Positions 11,685 to 23,960 of a stretch of DNA of 64,000 bases are shown one piece after another. This DNA comes from Pristiophorus japonicus. Lineage: Eukaryota. The translations under genes and the position numbers were made by a program. Location: NCBI RefSeq assembly GCF_044704955.1, contig NC_091999.1:57970001-58034000 (forward strand), given 5' to 3'. The notes beneath the pieces are model-generated. The model was not told where the DNA came from and searched no databases. It was given only the letters and a program-made list of their open reading frames with translations. The number at the start of each line of letters is the position of its first letter. Positions within the stretch are counted from its first letter, which is position 1.

Positions 11685-13102
11685 ACTGTCCGATCAGACG
11701 TGATCACTTAAGACAGTATTTGGAATCTGGTGTTTGAGACTGAGAGAGAGGTGTATGAGCACGACGGGATAGTGTATAAGATACGAGTAAGTAGATAGCA
11801 GGAGGAGGCTGACTAACCAGTTTGACTTGTCCCTTTAGCAAATAAGGTCGGTGCAGAAGGGAGCTGATCACTCCAACCTAGAGCCGAAACTCCGGTGGTA
11901 AGGAAACACACTAGCTTTGTTGCGAAGACAAAGGGTCTCCACAGAGTAGTCATGGCCGTGAGTATTACAGAAACAAAGGGAAACGTCCAAGACTGGCGAA
12001 CATGGAAGGTAAGGAAGGGAATGTAAAACGCGGGCTGCCCGGGTCATTAATTAATTCCTATCATTAATTGTAACTTGCGTAATTACATAATGCCATAAGA
12101 AATCTGATAGTGACTATCTTAAGTGACATATGGATCCAAAAATAGAACTGGCCAGACTGAAGCTTTGTTGAATGAAGAGAGACTTTTGTGAATGTCTATT
12201 TTGAATGAGAATACTTGAGTGATTTTGACTGCGGAATGAATGAAAAGCCTGTTTGGGAAGGTATGGAGTGGCTGACTGTTTTAGCTCCACCCACCTTTTC
12301 CAAACAGGGTGAAAGTTTTTTTTAACCCTTCGCAGTGTTGTCCTATATATGGGAAGTTTAAGAAAGTGTGAACCTTATGGTATTACATTTTAAGTTAGAA
12401 ACGCAGGTGTGGATATATTCGGATGATAAGTTACAGAGCTAGGAAATGCACAAAGGATAGGTTTGTTCAATAAAAGATAAAAAATACATGGTCCCAGTAG
12501 TTAAAAAAAAAAGAATTTATTTGACACACTCACTTACTTGTCGAAAGAAAACATGCAATTGGGTTGAAAGACATAAATTTAGTCGAGGAATGAGATAAAG
12601 AATGCCTTTTAAAATGCTCCCATTTTCCTTTGTGTAAAACCTTGACACAAAAGCTTCTAGTTCAGTAAAAAAAAAGATTTAAATTGAGAAATACCTTCAG
12701 GGATCAGGCCAACTCCTGGGCTAGTGGTGAGCTATCTGTGAAGGTGTAAAAGGGACATTTGAAAAATGCTAAAACAGTAAGCTTTAGCAGTTTAGAAAAG
12801 AAAAAGATAAAGACGCAACTTTGAAAATAAACAAATTGAACGATTGGAAAGAAAAACTGTCTTCGATTGTCTGATGATTTTCAATACAAAACCTAATTTG
12901 AAGAAAGGTGATCTAAAAAAAAAAGACGTAATACAATAATTAGGTGCTGGAAAAAATAAAGGGGTGTTTGCGATGGGTAAAGACATAACTTACTAAATAC
13001 CAGTTGATATCAGCTGTGAAAAAGATATTGGTTTAATTGGAAAAAAAAATTTGAAGAGGTAAAAAACACTCTCCATTGATAATGATTTTAAATTATTAAA
13101 AT

Positions 13103-14238
13103 TAAGTCAGTGCTGCTGGAGCCCGAGACGAACAGATAAGTATTGAGAAACTACACCAGGACACTTCTGAGGAGGAAATAGGTATGTGGACAAAGCAGGG
13201 CGCAACGCAAGGGAAGGATAATGTTTGGAGACGAAATTACAAGGTAATGGCGCTTGAATGCATACAGAATACCTTATTGGAGTTGCATCATGGCCTGTCT
13301 CAATCAGGATGAGAGGCCATGACCGGGAGTCTTGGGAGAGATTGGTGGTGGAAAGGGATGGGGAGAGATATCACCAAACATTGCCATCGATGCATTACGT
13401 GCGCACAATATGATCCAGGCCGGCCCATTAAAATTAAAATGGGACACCAGCCCCGTCAACGGGTGCCATGGGAACATGTACAAATTGATTTCACAGGTCC
13501 TTTGTCCCCATCCCATCGAAAAAAGATATTGCCTAGTGATTATAGATCAACTTACCCGGTGGGTAGAAGTTTTCCCCACACGTGATTGCACTGCCTCAAC
13601 AGTGGTAAGGATATTCTGACCAAGGCACCCACTTCACCAGGAAGATTGTAAAAACAATATGCCAGCTGATGGGCATAAAATAAAAATTCCACATCCCCTA
13701 CCACCTGCAGAGTTCTGGGATGGTAGAGCGCATGAACCATACCCTTAAGAACGCCCTGGCAAAGGCCATGCAAACGTCAGGAAAAACGTGGACGGAAGTA
13801 GTACCCATTATATTGAGGAAGTTAAGAGCCACGACAAACTGGACAACCGGATTAACCCCTTATGAACTAATGACAGGAAGGGCGATGCAATTACCAGAGA
13901 ACATCATAACAGGGGGGGCCGATGTAGGCCCATTAAAAGACAAAATAAAAAGGTGTGCCTTGGAACTAAGTACTCAATTAAAAGGGATGTGTAAATTAGT
14001 TAGGGACAATCAGCAAGAAAGATACGCGGAAGCAGAGCTTACAAAGCTCCCTGAAGTCCCGTTGGCGGGAAGTCGCGTTATGGTAAGGGTCCTCCCGGGA
14101 AAACTGGGGTTTGCCCCAAAATGGATAGGACCATATGAGGTTATAATCAGCGGGGACACTTGTGCCTGCATCGATGTTAAAGGGAACGGACAATGGAAGC
14201 ATTGGACCCAGCTTAAGGTTTTTGAACCAGCCGTTTAG
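13103..14238 (+). pseudogene. pol: Retroviral integrase (disrupted)
   Basis: Zinc-binding region (LHHGLSQ...CHRCITC), core PWEHVQIDFTGPL / LVIIDQLTRWVEVFP / DQGTHFT / QSSGMVERMNHTLK, and C-terminal KWIGPYEV...HWTQLK. Contains stops, frameshifts and an internal deletion. Confidence 0.92.
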
Positions 14239-14351
14239 CACACGTATTATTTGTTGTTGTTTGTCTATTTACAGATTGACAGCGAGAGATTCTTCAAGCA
14301 AGCCATATGGCCATTTTGCCTTTGACTATTTGTTAATTATAGAGTAATAAG

Positions 14352-15590
14352 ATGAAACTATATATTGTGACCGGTGCGATTATCATAGTTCATGTTTGGT
14401 CCGGCCTGCTAGCTAGACCGAAACGAGAGTTACATGTGAATACCTTTTTATACATGTCTTATGTTTACGCGCAAAATGGGAACTTTTCTGGTTGCTGGGT
14501 ATGTTTGCACATCCCCATACATAGCAAAGGAGGCATCCCTTTGAGGTCAATCTCCCTCAACATTTCGGAAGTAGTGGAGTGGGTAATAAAGAAACGTGGA
14601 GATGGGGGGGGTTACCTTTTGGATGCATTGATGGATGGTACCAGCCGGAATACAATAGGTCGGTACGACACCCATTCATGGTTTTGACCAACACCTCAGG
14701 AGTTGGAAGGCTCACCGCTGACATTTGTTTCACTCGAAACCTGACTGGTGAGGAAACAGGTTTTGAGCAGGATATAGCAATTGTACGCAATACTTTAACC
14801 TCACCAGGTGGAACATAACAGACAGCGAAACAATAAACCAGGGGTTCCTTGAAATGAAGGGTTTGAAGAATCAGACAAGTAGCCAGGACTGGGACCCTGA
14901 GATTAGGTGGCGACGGGGGCTGAGAGAGAGAGATTGGGATCGAATCTAAAAGCATACAATGGCACTTATTTTGTGTGCGGGCACAAGGCCTACCCCTGGT
15001 TGCCACAGGATTGGAGGGGGTCCTGTTATTTGGGATATGTGGTCAGCTTTGTCAGACGGGTACATACTTTAGCAGAAGCACAGACACCAGGTCGAATATG
15101 ACGAGCTCTTACCCCGGTAGAGAGGCTATTTGGGGTCATGATGCTCCCATTCGGGATAGGACGCACCATGGATGAATTACGTAACCTAGAGAGGGTACTG
15201 GAACAGATAGTTAACGACATTGCTGAAGCAATGGAGGGCATAACGGCTGAAATGGTAGCCATGCGCACAATGGTACTCCAGAACCGAATGGCCCTAGATA
15301 CTAGCACAAAGTGGGGGCACATGTGCTTTAATTGGAGCTGAATGTTGCACTTACATTCCCGATAATTCAGAAAACATAACCAACCTCGCTGATCACATAA
15401 GAAGGGACGTAAAGAAGTTATCCACGACAGCAGGAGGATCTGGCTGGTTTGACTGGCTGTTAGGGGAATCCTGGGGGTCCTATCTTATGCATGGAGTAAT
15501 TATTCTGGTTGTAATAATAATTACTTGCTGTCTGATTATCGGGTGTTTTAATATCTGCTGTAAAGTTATGATGGCCCGACTGATCCAGTA
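14352..15590 (+). pseudogene. env: Retroviral envelope (gamma-type, disrupted)
   Basis: Signal peptide, CWVC (CXXC) motif, furin site RI*R (probable CGA>TGA), fusion peptide, immunosuppressive domain LQNRMALD, CX6CC (CALIGAECC), and hydrophobic TM helix. Several frameshifts. Candidate splice acceptor TTTACAG at 14274. Confidence 0.92.
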
Positions 15591-15824
15591 GCCAGTGTAA
15601 TCGCCGAAGAAGCAGCAGCACACCTGATGGAAATACCTGAAGACACCAAGGATGAAGAAACAGACGACGTTGACACTGACCACTATCTTTGAAGGGTAGC
15701 CTAGAGCTACTGGCAAGGTGGACATACGGAACATCAGGGAAGTAACATACCCCAAAGGACGAATATATGACACCATGCTACGATCATTGTGGTCATCTAG
15801 ATTTCGCGAACATCCTCCAGGACC

Positions 15825-15835
15825 AAAAGGGGGAA
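15825..15835 (+). promoter_or_regulatory. Polypurine tract
   Basis: AAAAGGGGGAA lies 3 nt upstream of the 3' LTR. Confidence 0.85.
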
Positions 15836-15838
15836 TAT

Positions 15839-16410
15839 TGTTGGAGCGGATTTTTGGACATATACTTGACTAGTATACGGGACCAAACATTTGTTTTTAT
15901 TTTCCCCTTGAATGAATTTTGTAAGGGACAATACTGATGTAATATGCTTTATACAAAAAAACACAGTTAGACTTCAAGGTATGCTGACCTTGAGTTATGG
16001 AGATAGGAAAGTGAGATAATGAACGACTGGAGAGATAAGTGGGGGTATGTTTGTCTATACCAGTGCCAAAAAGCCTGCCACTTGTTTTTTTATTGATAAA
16101 AGGGGAACTAGTCCTCTTGGATGTATATAATTCCTGTCACAATGCGAGGCTGGTTTATATCAAGAGCTCAGCCTTGGACAGTAATTGTATGAAAAGCTTT
16201 GTAAACTTTGTAATGCGACTTAAGGACTAGTGCTAAAGCACGTGATGTAAAGTGACGTAATTTGTAAGATAAAAGAAGCTCACTGGAGATATCAAATTGA
16301 GAAGCTGGTTCAGAGACAGGGGTATCCAACACTTCTCCCAAAGCTTTGTCTCCGATTTAATAAACCTCTTTTTATATATTATACAATCTCGGAAATATTT
16401 TTCCACAACA
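15839..16410 (+). repeat. ERV 3' LTR
   Basis: TGTTG...CAACA, roughly 93-95% identical to the 5' LTR by eye, followed by the CCCC duplication. Confidence 0.95.
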
Positions 16411-16539
16411 CCCCACAGCATCTCTCTCTAAACCAATCACATCAAATAATTGGCAAAGGTTTAGAATCAACTAGATGAATAAGTAAACAAATCACAGCCG
16501 AATAACCTAGCTCTATTTTCACAGGAGAAAGTCTGTTAT

Positions 16540-17075
16540 CTAACGCCTCGAATGTGAATTGGTGAGATGAGCGACTGAATCACTTTCCACGTGCAACAGC
16601 ATCCATTCCCACTGTCCCCACATTTACAGTGTTGAGTCAGGTGGGCGCACGAGTCTCACAGGCTGAACGATTGGTTGAAGGTACATTCACACACAGAACA
16701 TGTGTCCTGTTTCTCCCCGCTGTGATTGGTGCTTTTACAAAGGCTGATGATAAGGTGATCCTAATCAATCCAGGGAATCTCTCAAATCTTGACGTGATGT
16801 CCGGTTTGAGTTTCCCAGCTGCAGATCCTCCTCTTCTAATACCCTGCAAATGGTGGTTACAAACGTTGTTAGATTAAGTAAAGGATTGAAATTCAGAACA
16901 CACTATTCCAGATTCTACAGAACATCCTGTCCTCTCCTGTCCCCCCTAAGCTGTAAATTCCTTATTCAAGACTCTCCCCTCCATCCTCACTCTCTAAAAT
17001 CAACATTCCTTTCATCGCCTGAGATGTATTATCTCCAGAAAGTGCTGAATCTGGCTGGGTGCAATTCCACAGACA
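16540..17075 (-). pseudogene. Degenerate ZNF gene module remnant (intron, acceptor and first fingers)
   Basis: The reverse complement matches 686-760 (CAG-ATTAGAAG...ACATC..GTCAAGAT) and 905-975 (CACAGCGGGGAGAAA..TGTGTGTG), and includes a copy of the 54-bp unit at ~17035-17075. Confidence 0.65.
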
Positions 17076-18589
17076 TTAGAAAACCTCTCGTGCCTCACCG
17101 TCAGTCGACACAGTGAGTGCCAGCAGGATTCCCACTTTGGTAGGCATCACAGCCTCAAATCCTGTCCTCAAATGACATCCACACTCTTCCCAGTTGACGT
17201 CACTTGATCGGTCTGAAGAGCAGGGGCAGTGTCTGATTTTTACTCTTATTTAGCCCAATGGTATTGAGGACAATTATAACGCCTGAACTGCTGCCTTGGC
17301 TGAGGTCAACCAACAGCCCAGATCAAGGATTAAACTTGGGACCTTCCCAGTCAGTATTGTAGTGTTCTAAAATTTGGGGGGTTGGGGAAGGATTAGAACA
17401 GAATATTTTGAAACAAATTTTACTCCACCTTTAAATGAAATCTTCCTCACACTGCACAATTCTGGACTCTTTCCAAATTATACAATTGGATCATCAAAAT
17501 CAGTGAGACATTTTAGAAATGTTCAAGTAACTGAAATGGACAGCTTTACAATCACTGCACAGTACAGAAGGGAGCGACTGTCAATGGGAACTCTGTTAGT
17601 GAAGTCCTCCGACACCCCAAGATAAACTGGACTGTCCCTTTAACTATAAAGAAGCAGAGAAAGGGGAGTCCCGGTTCCTTTAAATACCTGCCCCATTCCC
17701 CCAGGCAGTGGGAGGAGGAACAGCGCACGGTCTCTTTATATCCTGACCCGGCAAGCACCGCCGGATGGGCTGCCGCAGGGTCCTAAAATGCACATCGTAA
17801 AAACGGTCGGGTTGAGCAGAACAATTGAAAAGGGCAAACACAGAGTCTTTGCTATATATATAAATATTTATGTGTGTTTGTAAACAAAACACGACACTCT
17901 TAATGTTTGCTAGTCAATTCCACAGAGATAAATAATTATTTTCACCAATTATTTTCCAACAATTTATTTCCATTCTGTTTACAATGCAATTGCGGGGTGT
18001 TTAATAACTTTACCATTTATTGATAACACATTGTCTTGTGTGCTCTTGTTCAAAAGGTGACGTCACATTGACCATTCTGTTACAAGGTGACCATGTCTGT
18101 CTGCAGTAATCAGTGGGAAAGTGGATTAAATCACATCGAGGATAATGAGCAGCCCCCACCCCCCCGCCCTCCCCGCCGTCTCTGCGCTTTATTGTCCAGT
18201 GATCATCGCACCGTCACACAGAAGCTCCTGAGATTTACCTCCAGTGGGAAAGAGGAGCTGGGGTGAGGAGTTGTATGTAGAGAGGGAGTTGAAGAGTCGG
18301 GTTGAAGGAGGTGTATGAGTGAAAGGGATTTACTGAAATTAATCACCTCTGTTGTGCTATGATGCGGTTCATTTTTATTTTAAAATGTTTATAATTCACT
18401 GAAGTTAAATGCGGGGCAGCAGTTACTTGTGGGCACTGGGTTGTTTCTGTTGAATTAATGTGGACCGTGTTAATTGGGAATAGACTGAGTGGGATCATTC
18501 TGTGCTGAATGCAATGCTGGGCTGCGGGTTTGCACTCAGTCCCAGTGACGAGGTGCTTTCGACAACAAATCCAAAAACTACTCGCATTG

Positions 18590-18775
18590 TGACACCAAAC
18601 CCAGGGACCGCTTACACTGAGACACCAAATCCAGGGACCACTTACACTGAGACACCAAATCCAGGGACCACTTACACTGAGACACCAAATCCAGGGACCA
18701 CTTACACTGCGACACGAGATCCTTGGACCAGTTATACTGAGGCACCAAATCCAGGGACCACTTACACTGAGACGA
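18590..18775. repeat. 30-bp tandem repeat (~6 copies)
   Basis: Unit CTTACACTGAGACACCAAATCCAGGGACCA, giving the TYTETPNPGT repeats in ORF 18502..18822. Confidence 0.9.
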
Positions 18776-18979
18776 CAAAATTACACAGGATTTACGACAC
18801 ACAAATGGGCCATTCGGAATAACCAGTCCATGCTGGCGTTTGTGCACCTTTCGGGAATTAGAGAGTCTTAGTGTGGGCAATGGTCATGATGCTGAAACCA
18901 GCTCTAGTGAGGGCAAAAGCTGAGTAATGGATGAAGATATGACGGTGGCATCACATGGTGACTGGTGGAGCCTGGTACA

Positions 18980-19730
18980 GGAACATAAGTAGGAACAGGA
19001 GTCGGTCACCTGGCCCCTCATGGCTGATCTGATCATGGACTCAGCTCCACTTTCCTGCCCGTTCCCCATAACCCTTTATTCCTTTATTGCTGAAAAATCA
19101 ACGTATCTCCGCCTTAAATATATTCAATGACCGAGCCTCCACAGCTCTCTGGGGCAGAGAATTCCACAGATTTACAACCATCTGAGAGAAGAAATTCCTC
19201 CTCATCTCAGTTTTAAATGGGCGGTCCCTTATTCTGAGACTTTGCCCCTTAGTTTTAGTTTCCCCTGTGCGTGGAAATATCCTCTCTGCAAGCATATTGT
19301 CGAGCTTCCTCATGATCCTATATTTTTCAATAAGATCACCTCTCATTCTTCTGAACTCCAATGAGTATAGGCCCAACCTACTCAACCTATCTTCATAAGT
19401 CAATCACCTCATCACTGCAATCAACCCAGTGAACTTTCTCTGAACCACCTCCAATGCAAGTATATTCCTCCTTAAATACGGAGATGAAAACTGTATGCAG
19501 TACTCTTGGTTTGGATTCACCAATACCTTGTGCAGTTGCAGCAGAAATTTTCAGCTTTTCTAATCCATCCCCCTTGCAATAAAGGTCATCATTCCATTTG
19601 CCTTCCTGATTACTTGCTGTACCTGCATACTAACGCTTTGTGTTTCATACACAAGGACCAATAACTCCCTCTGTATTGCAGCACTTTGCAATTTTTCTCC
19701 ATTTAAATTATAATTTGCTTTTCTATTTTT
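18980..19730 (-). mobile_element. CR1 LINE 3' fragment
   Basis: LGLYSLEFRRMRGDLIE...EMRRNFFSQ.VVNLWNSLP plus CR1 3' UTR. Confidence 0.9.
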
Positions 19731-20034
19731 TTCAATTTTGTAATAGGTTATTGTCAGAAGCACTTTTCAGACAGGCTGATAATTTGATGTAACCAGCACA
19801 GCAAACGTATACGTCTGTTCTTGTTCCAAAATACCAAAATCTAATGTCCCTAATTAAATGTTCGGTGAGATTATGTAGAGAAGGGAGGAAATGAGGCTTG
19901 CAGGAAAGAAGGTTCTTTGAATGAACAGTTTGTGAGGCAGGTTTGTGACTCGTCTGCATGAGGTTAAAGGCATGAAATGGAAAAGGACACAACCAGTGAC
20001 ACTTATATTGTCAATAATGGTTTCTGTGTTAATT

Positions 20035-20545
20035 ACTCATCATCATAGGCTGTTCCTCGGAATCAAGGAAGACTTGCTTCCACTCCTGTAGTAAGTTCTT
20101 TGGTGGCTGAACAATCCAATACGAGAGCCACTGACTTGTCACAGATGGGGCAGATAGTCGTTGAGGGAACGGGTAGGTGGGACTGGTTTGTGTACGCTCT
20201 TTCTGCTGCCTGCACTTGATATCTGCATGCTCTCGGCGTTGAGACTCGAGGTGTTCAGAGAATTACTATCTCCTAAGCCTCATCATCATCATCATAGACA
20301 ATCCCTCGAAATTGAGGAAGAAATGCTTCCACTCTAAAAGTGAGTTCTCAGGTGATTGTACAGTGCAATATGGGAATTATAGTCACTGTCACTGGTGGGA
20401 CAGACAGTCGCTGATGGAAAGTCTGGGTGAGGAGTCTGCTTTGTCAGATGCTCCTTCCACTACCTTCGCTTGTTTTCTGCATGCTCTCGGCGATGAGACT
20501 CGAGGTGTTCAGTGCCCTCCTGGAAGCTCTTCCCTCGCTTATGGT
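20035..20545. mobile_element. Two adjacent copies of a short interspersed element with a (CAT)n end; family unassigned
   Basis: CATCATAGG..CCTCG.AAT..AGGAAGA..TGCTTCCACTC starts at ~20038 and ~20288. Both share TCTGCATGCTCTCGGCG.TGAGACTCGAGGTGTTCAG. A related start occurs at ~38141. Confidence 0.55.
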
Positions 20546-21186
20546 GGACTTTGGCCAGGGATTCCAAGGTGCCTAATATCCTACTGACTATCCCAACCAC
20601 TAACCCCAATCCTAACAAATAACAACAACCACTAAACCCTAAACCCGCGCCCAAACCCAGTCCCGAATCAAAGGTTGTTCACAGGGATCAGTGGAGGAGC
20701 TAAAGACCCGATAATGGAAGTATTTCAACAATTATCTTGATGCAAGAAATTCTGCAAGCTATGTTAGTAACAAGAAATTATATCAACAAAACTATTACAT
20801 CAGGAAAGACAGTTAAAAAGATCACACATTTCAAAGACGATTACATATAGTAACCACATTCAAAAAGCATTAAACAATGTACAAAATAATAGATTTCCAG
20901 TCTTAAGCAACATAATACTTTCAATGGTTGCTTGAAAGGAATGTCATATGAGTGTAATGTGAAACATTCCGGTTCAGTTTATGACACCCACAAGCCGTAT
21001 ACTCATAGAGAACAACCTTGGTATTTGATATCATAAAAGATCAACTGGGGTAGAAGTGAAATAATCTATAGTAAGAAAAGGCCCAAAATGGAACAGTCGG
21101 TAACAGAACATTAATTAGTTATTATTATGGAGAAATCAAACATTCGACACACTGTGTTTGAACCAAGCTGATTTATTCAATATTTA

Positions 21187-21507
21187 TAGAAACATAGAAA
21201 ATAGGTGCAGGAGTCGGCCATTTGGACCTTCGAGCCTGCACCGCCATTCAATGAGTACATGGCTGAACATGCAACTTCAGTACCCCATTCCTGCTTTCTC
21301 ACCATACCCCTTGATCCCCCGAGTAGTAAGGACTACATCTAATTCCTCTTTGAATATATTTAGTGAATTGGCCTCAACAACTTTCTGTGGTAGAGAATTC
21401 CACAGGTTCACCACTCTCTGGGTGAAGAAGTTTCTCCTCATCTCGGTCCTAAATGGCTTACCCTTATCCTAAGACTGTGACCCCTGGTTCTGGACTTCCC
21501 CAACATT
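21187..21507 (-). mobile_element. CR1 3' end (same subfamily as 23961-26911)
   Basis: Near reverse complement of ~26590-26910, including the (AGAAACAT)n tail. Confidence 0.9.
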
Positions 21508-23960
21508 AATAAGAACATAAGAACAGAAGAACATAAGAATTAGGAACAGGAGTTGGCCATCTAGCCCCTCAAGCCTGCTCCGCCACCCAACAAGATCACC
21601 GCTGATCGAGCCGTGGACTCAGCTCCACTTACGCGCCCGCTCCCCATAACCATTAATTCCCTGACTGGTTAAAAATCTATCTATCTGTGATTTGAATATA
21701 TTCAATGAGCTAGCCTCAACTGCTTCCTTGGGCAGAGAATTTCACAGATTCACAACCCTCTGGGAGAACAAATTCCTTCTCAACTCGGTTTTAAATTGGC
21801 TCCCCCGTATTTTGAGGCTGTGCCCCCTAGTTCTAGTCTCCCCGACCAGTGGAACAACCTCTCTGCCTCTATCCTGTCTATCCCCTTCATTATTTTAAAT
21901 GTTTCTATAAGATCACCCCTCATCCTTCTGAACTCCCAACGAGTAAAGACCCAATCTACTCAATCTATCATCATAACGTAACCCCCTCTTCTCCGGAATC
22001 AGCCTCGTGAATCGTTCTGTACCCCTACCAAAGCTAATATATCCTTCCTTAAGAAAGGTGACCAAAACTGCACGCAGTACTCCAGGTGCGGCCTCAACAA
22101 TACCCTGTACAGTTGCAGCAGGACCTCCCTGCTTTTTACTCCATCCCTCTCGCAGTGAAGGCCAACATTCCATTTGCCTTCCTGATTACCTGCTGCACCT
22201 GCAAATTAACTTTTTGGGATTCATGGACGAGGACCCCCAGATCCCTCTGCACTGCAGCATGTTGTAATTTCTCCCCTTTCAAATAATATTCCCTTTTACT
22301 GTTTTTTGTCCCAAGGTGGATGAACTCACATTTTCCGACATTGTATTCCATCTGCCAAACCTTAGCCCATTCGCTTAACCTATCTAAATCTCTTTGCAGC
22401 CTCTTTGTGTCCTCACACAACCCGCTTTCCCACTAATCTTTGTGTCATCTGCAAATTTTGTTACACTACACTCAGTCCCTTCTTCCAGGTCATCTATGTA
22501 TATTGTAAACAGTTGTGGTCCCAGCACCGATCCCTGTGGCACACCACTAACCACCGATTTCCATCCCGAAAAGGACCAATTTATCCCGACTCTCTGCTTT
22601 CTGTTAGCCAGCCAATTCTCGATCCATGCTAAAACATTTCCTCTGACTCCGCGTACATTAATCTTCTGCAGTAACCTTTTGTGTGGCACCTTATCGAATG
22701 CCTTTTGGAAATCTAAATACACCACATCCATCTGTACACATCTATCCATCATGCTCTTTATATCCTCAAAGAATTCCAATAAATTAGTTACACATCATTT
22801 CCCCTTCATGAATCCAGCTTGCGTCTGCTTGATTGCAGTATTCCTATCTAAATGTTCCGCTATTTCTTCCTTCATGATAGCTTCAAGCATTTCCCCACTA
22901 CAGATGTTAAACTAACCGGCCTATAGTTACCTGCTTTTTGTCTGCCCCCTTTTTTAAACAGAGGCGTTACATTAGCTGCTTTCCAATCCGACGGCACCTC
23001 CCCAGAGTCCAGAGAATTTTGGTAGATTATAACGAAAGCATTTGCTATAACTACCGCAATCTCTTTTAATACCGTGGGATGCATTTCATCAGGACCAGGG
23101 GACTTGTCTACCTTGAGTCCCATTAGCCTGTCCAGCACTACCCCCCTAGTGAAAGTGATTATCTCAAGGTCCTCCTTTCCCACATTCCCGTGACCAGCAA
23201 TTTTTGGCATGGTTTTTGTGTCTTCCACTGTGAAGACCGAAGCAAAATAATTGCTTAAGTTCTCAGCCATTTCCACATTTCCCATTATTAAATCCCCTTT
23301 CTCATCTTCTAAGGGAACAACATTTACTTTAGTCACTCTTTTCCATTTTATATATCTGTAAAAGCTTTTACTATCTGTTTTTATGTTTTGTGCAAGTTTA
23401 CATTCATAATCTATCTTCCTCTTCTTTATTGCTTTCTTAGTCATTCTTTGATGTCGTTTAAAATTTTCCAACTCTTCTAGTTTCCCACTAACCTTGGCCA
23501 CCTTATACGCATTGGTTTTTAATTTGATACTCTCCTTTATTTCCTTGGTTATCCACGGCTGGTTATCCCTTCTCTTACCACCCTTCTTTTTCACTGGAAT
23601 ATATTTTTGTTGAGCACTATGAAAGAGCTCCTTAAAAGTCCTCCACTGTAACTCAATTGTGCCACCGTTTAGTCTGTGTTCCCAGTCTACTTTAGCTAAC
23701 TCTGCCCTCATCCCACTGTAGTCCCCTTTTTTAAGCATAGTACGCTCGTTTGAGACACTACTTCCTCACCCTCAATGTGTATTACAAATTCAACCATACT
23801 GTGATCAATCATTCCGAGAGGATCTTTTACTGTGAGAACGTTTAGTATTCCTGTCTCATTACACAGGACCAGATCTAAGATAGCTTGCTCCCTTGTAGGT
23901 TCTGTAACATACTGTTCTAAGAAACTATCCCGTATGCATTCTATGAATTCCTCCTCAAGG

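Larger units (their letters stand above)
11098..16410 (+). mobile_element. Endogenous retrovirus with gamma-type env, non-autonomous (gag/pro/RT deleted)
   Basis: Two ~570-bp LTRs with TGTTG...CAACA ends, 4-bp target-site duplication CCCC (11094-11097 and 16411-16414), PBS, PPT, and integrase and env remnants. Confidence 0.95.

Noticed and set aside
18502-18822. TETPNPGTTY mucin-like ORF, and GACGAGGTG resembling a tRNA-Ser 5' end
   Set aside because: The ORF is a 30-bp minisatellite. The tRNA-like match is only 9 nt, with no cloverleaf or B box.
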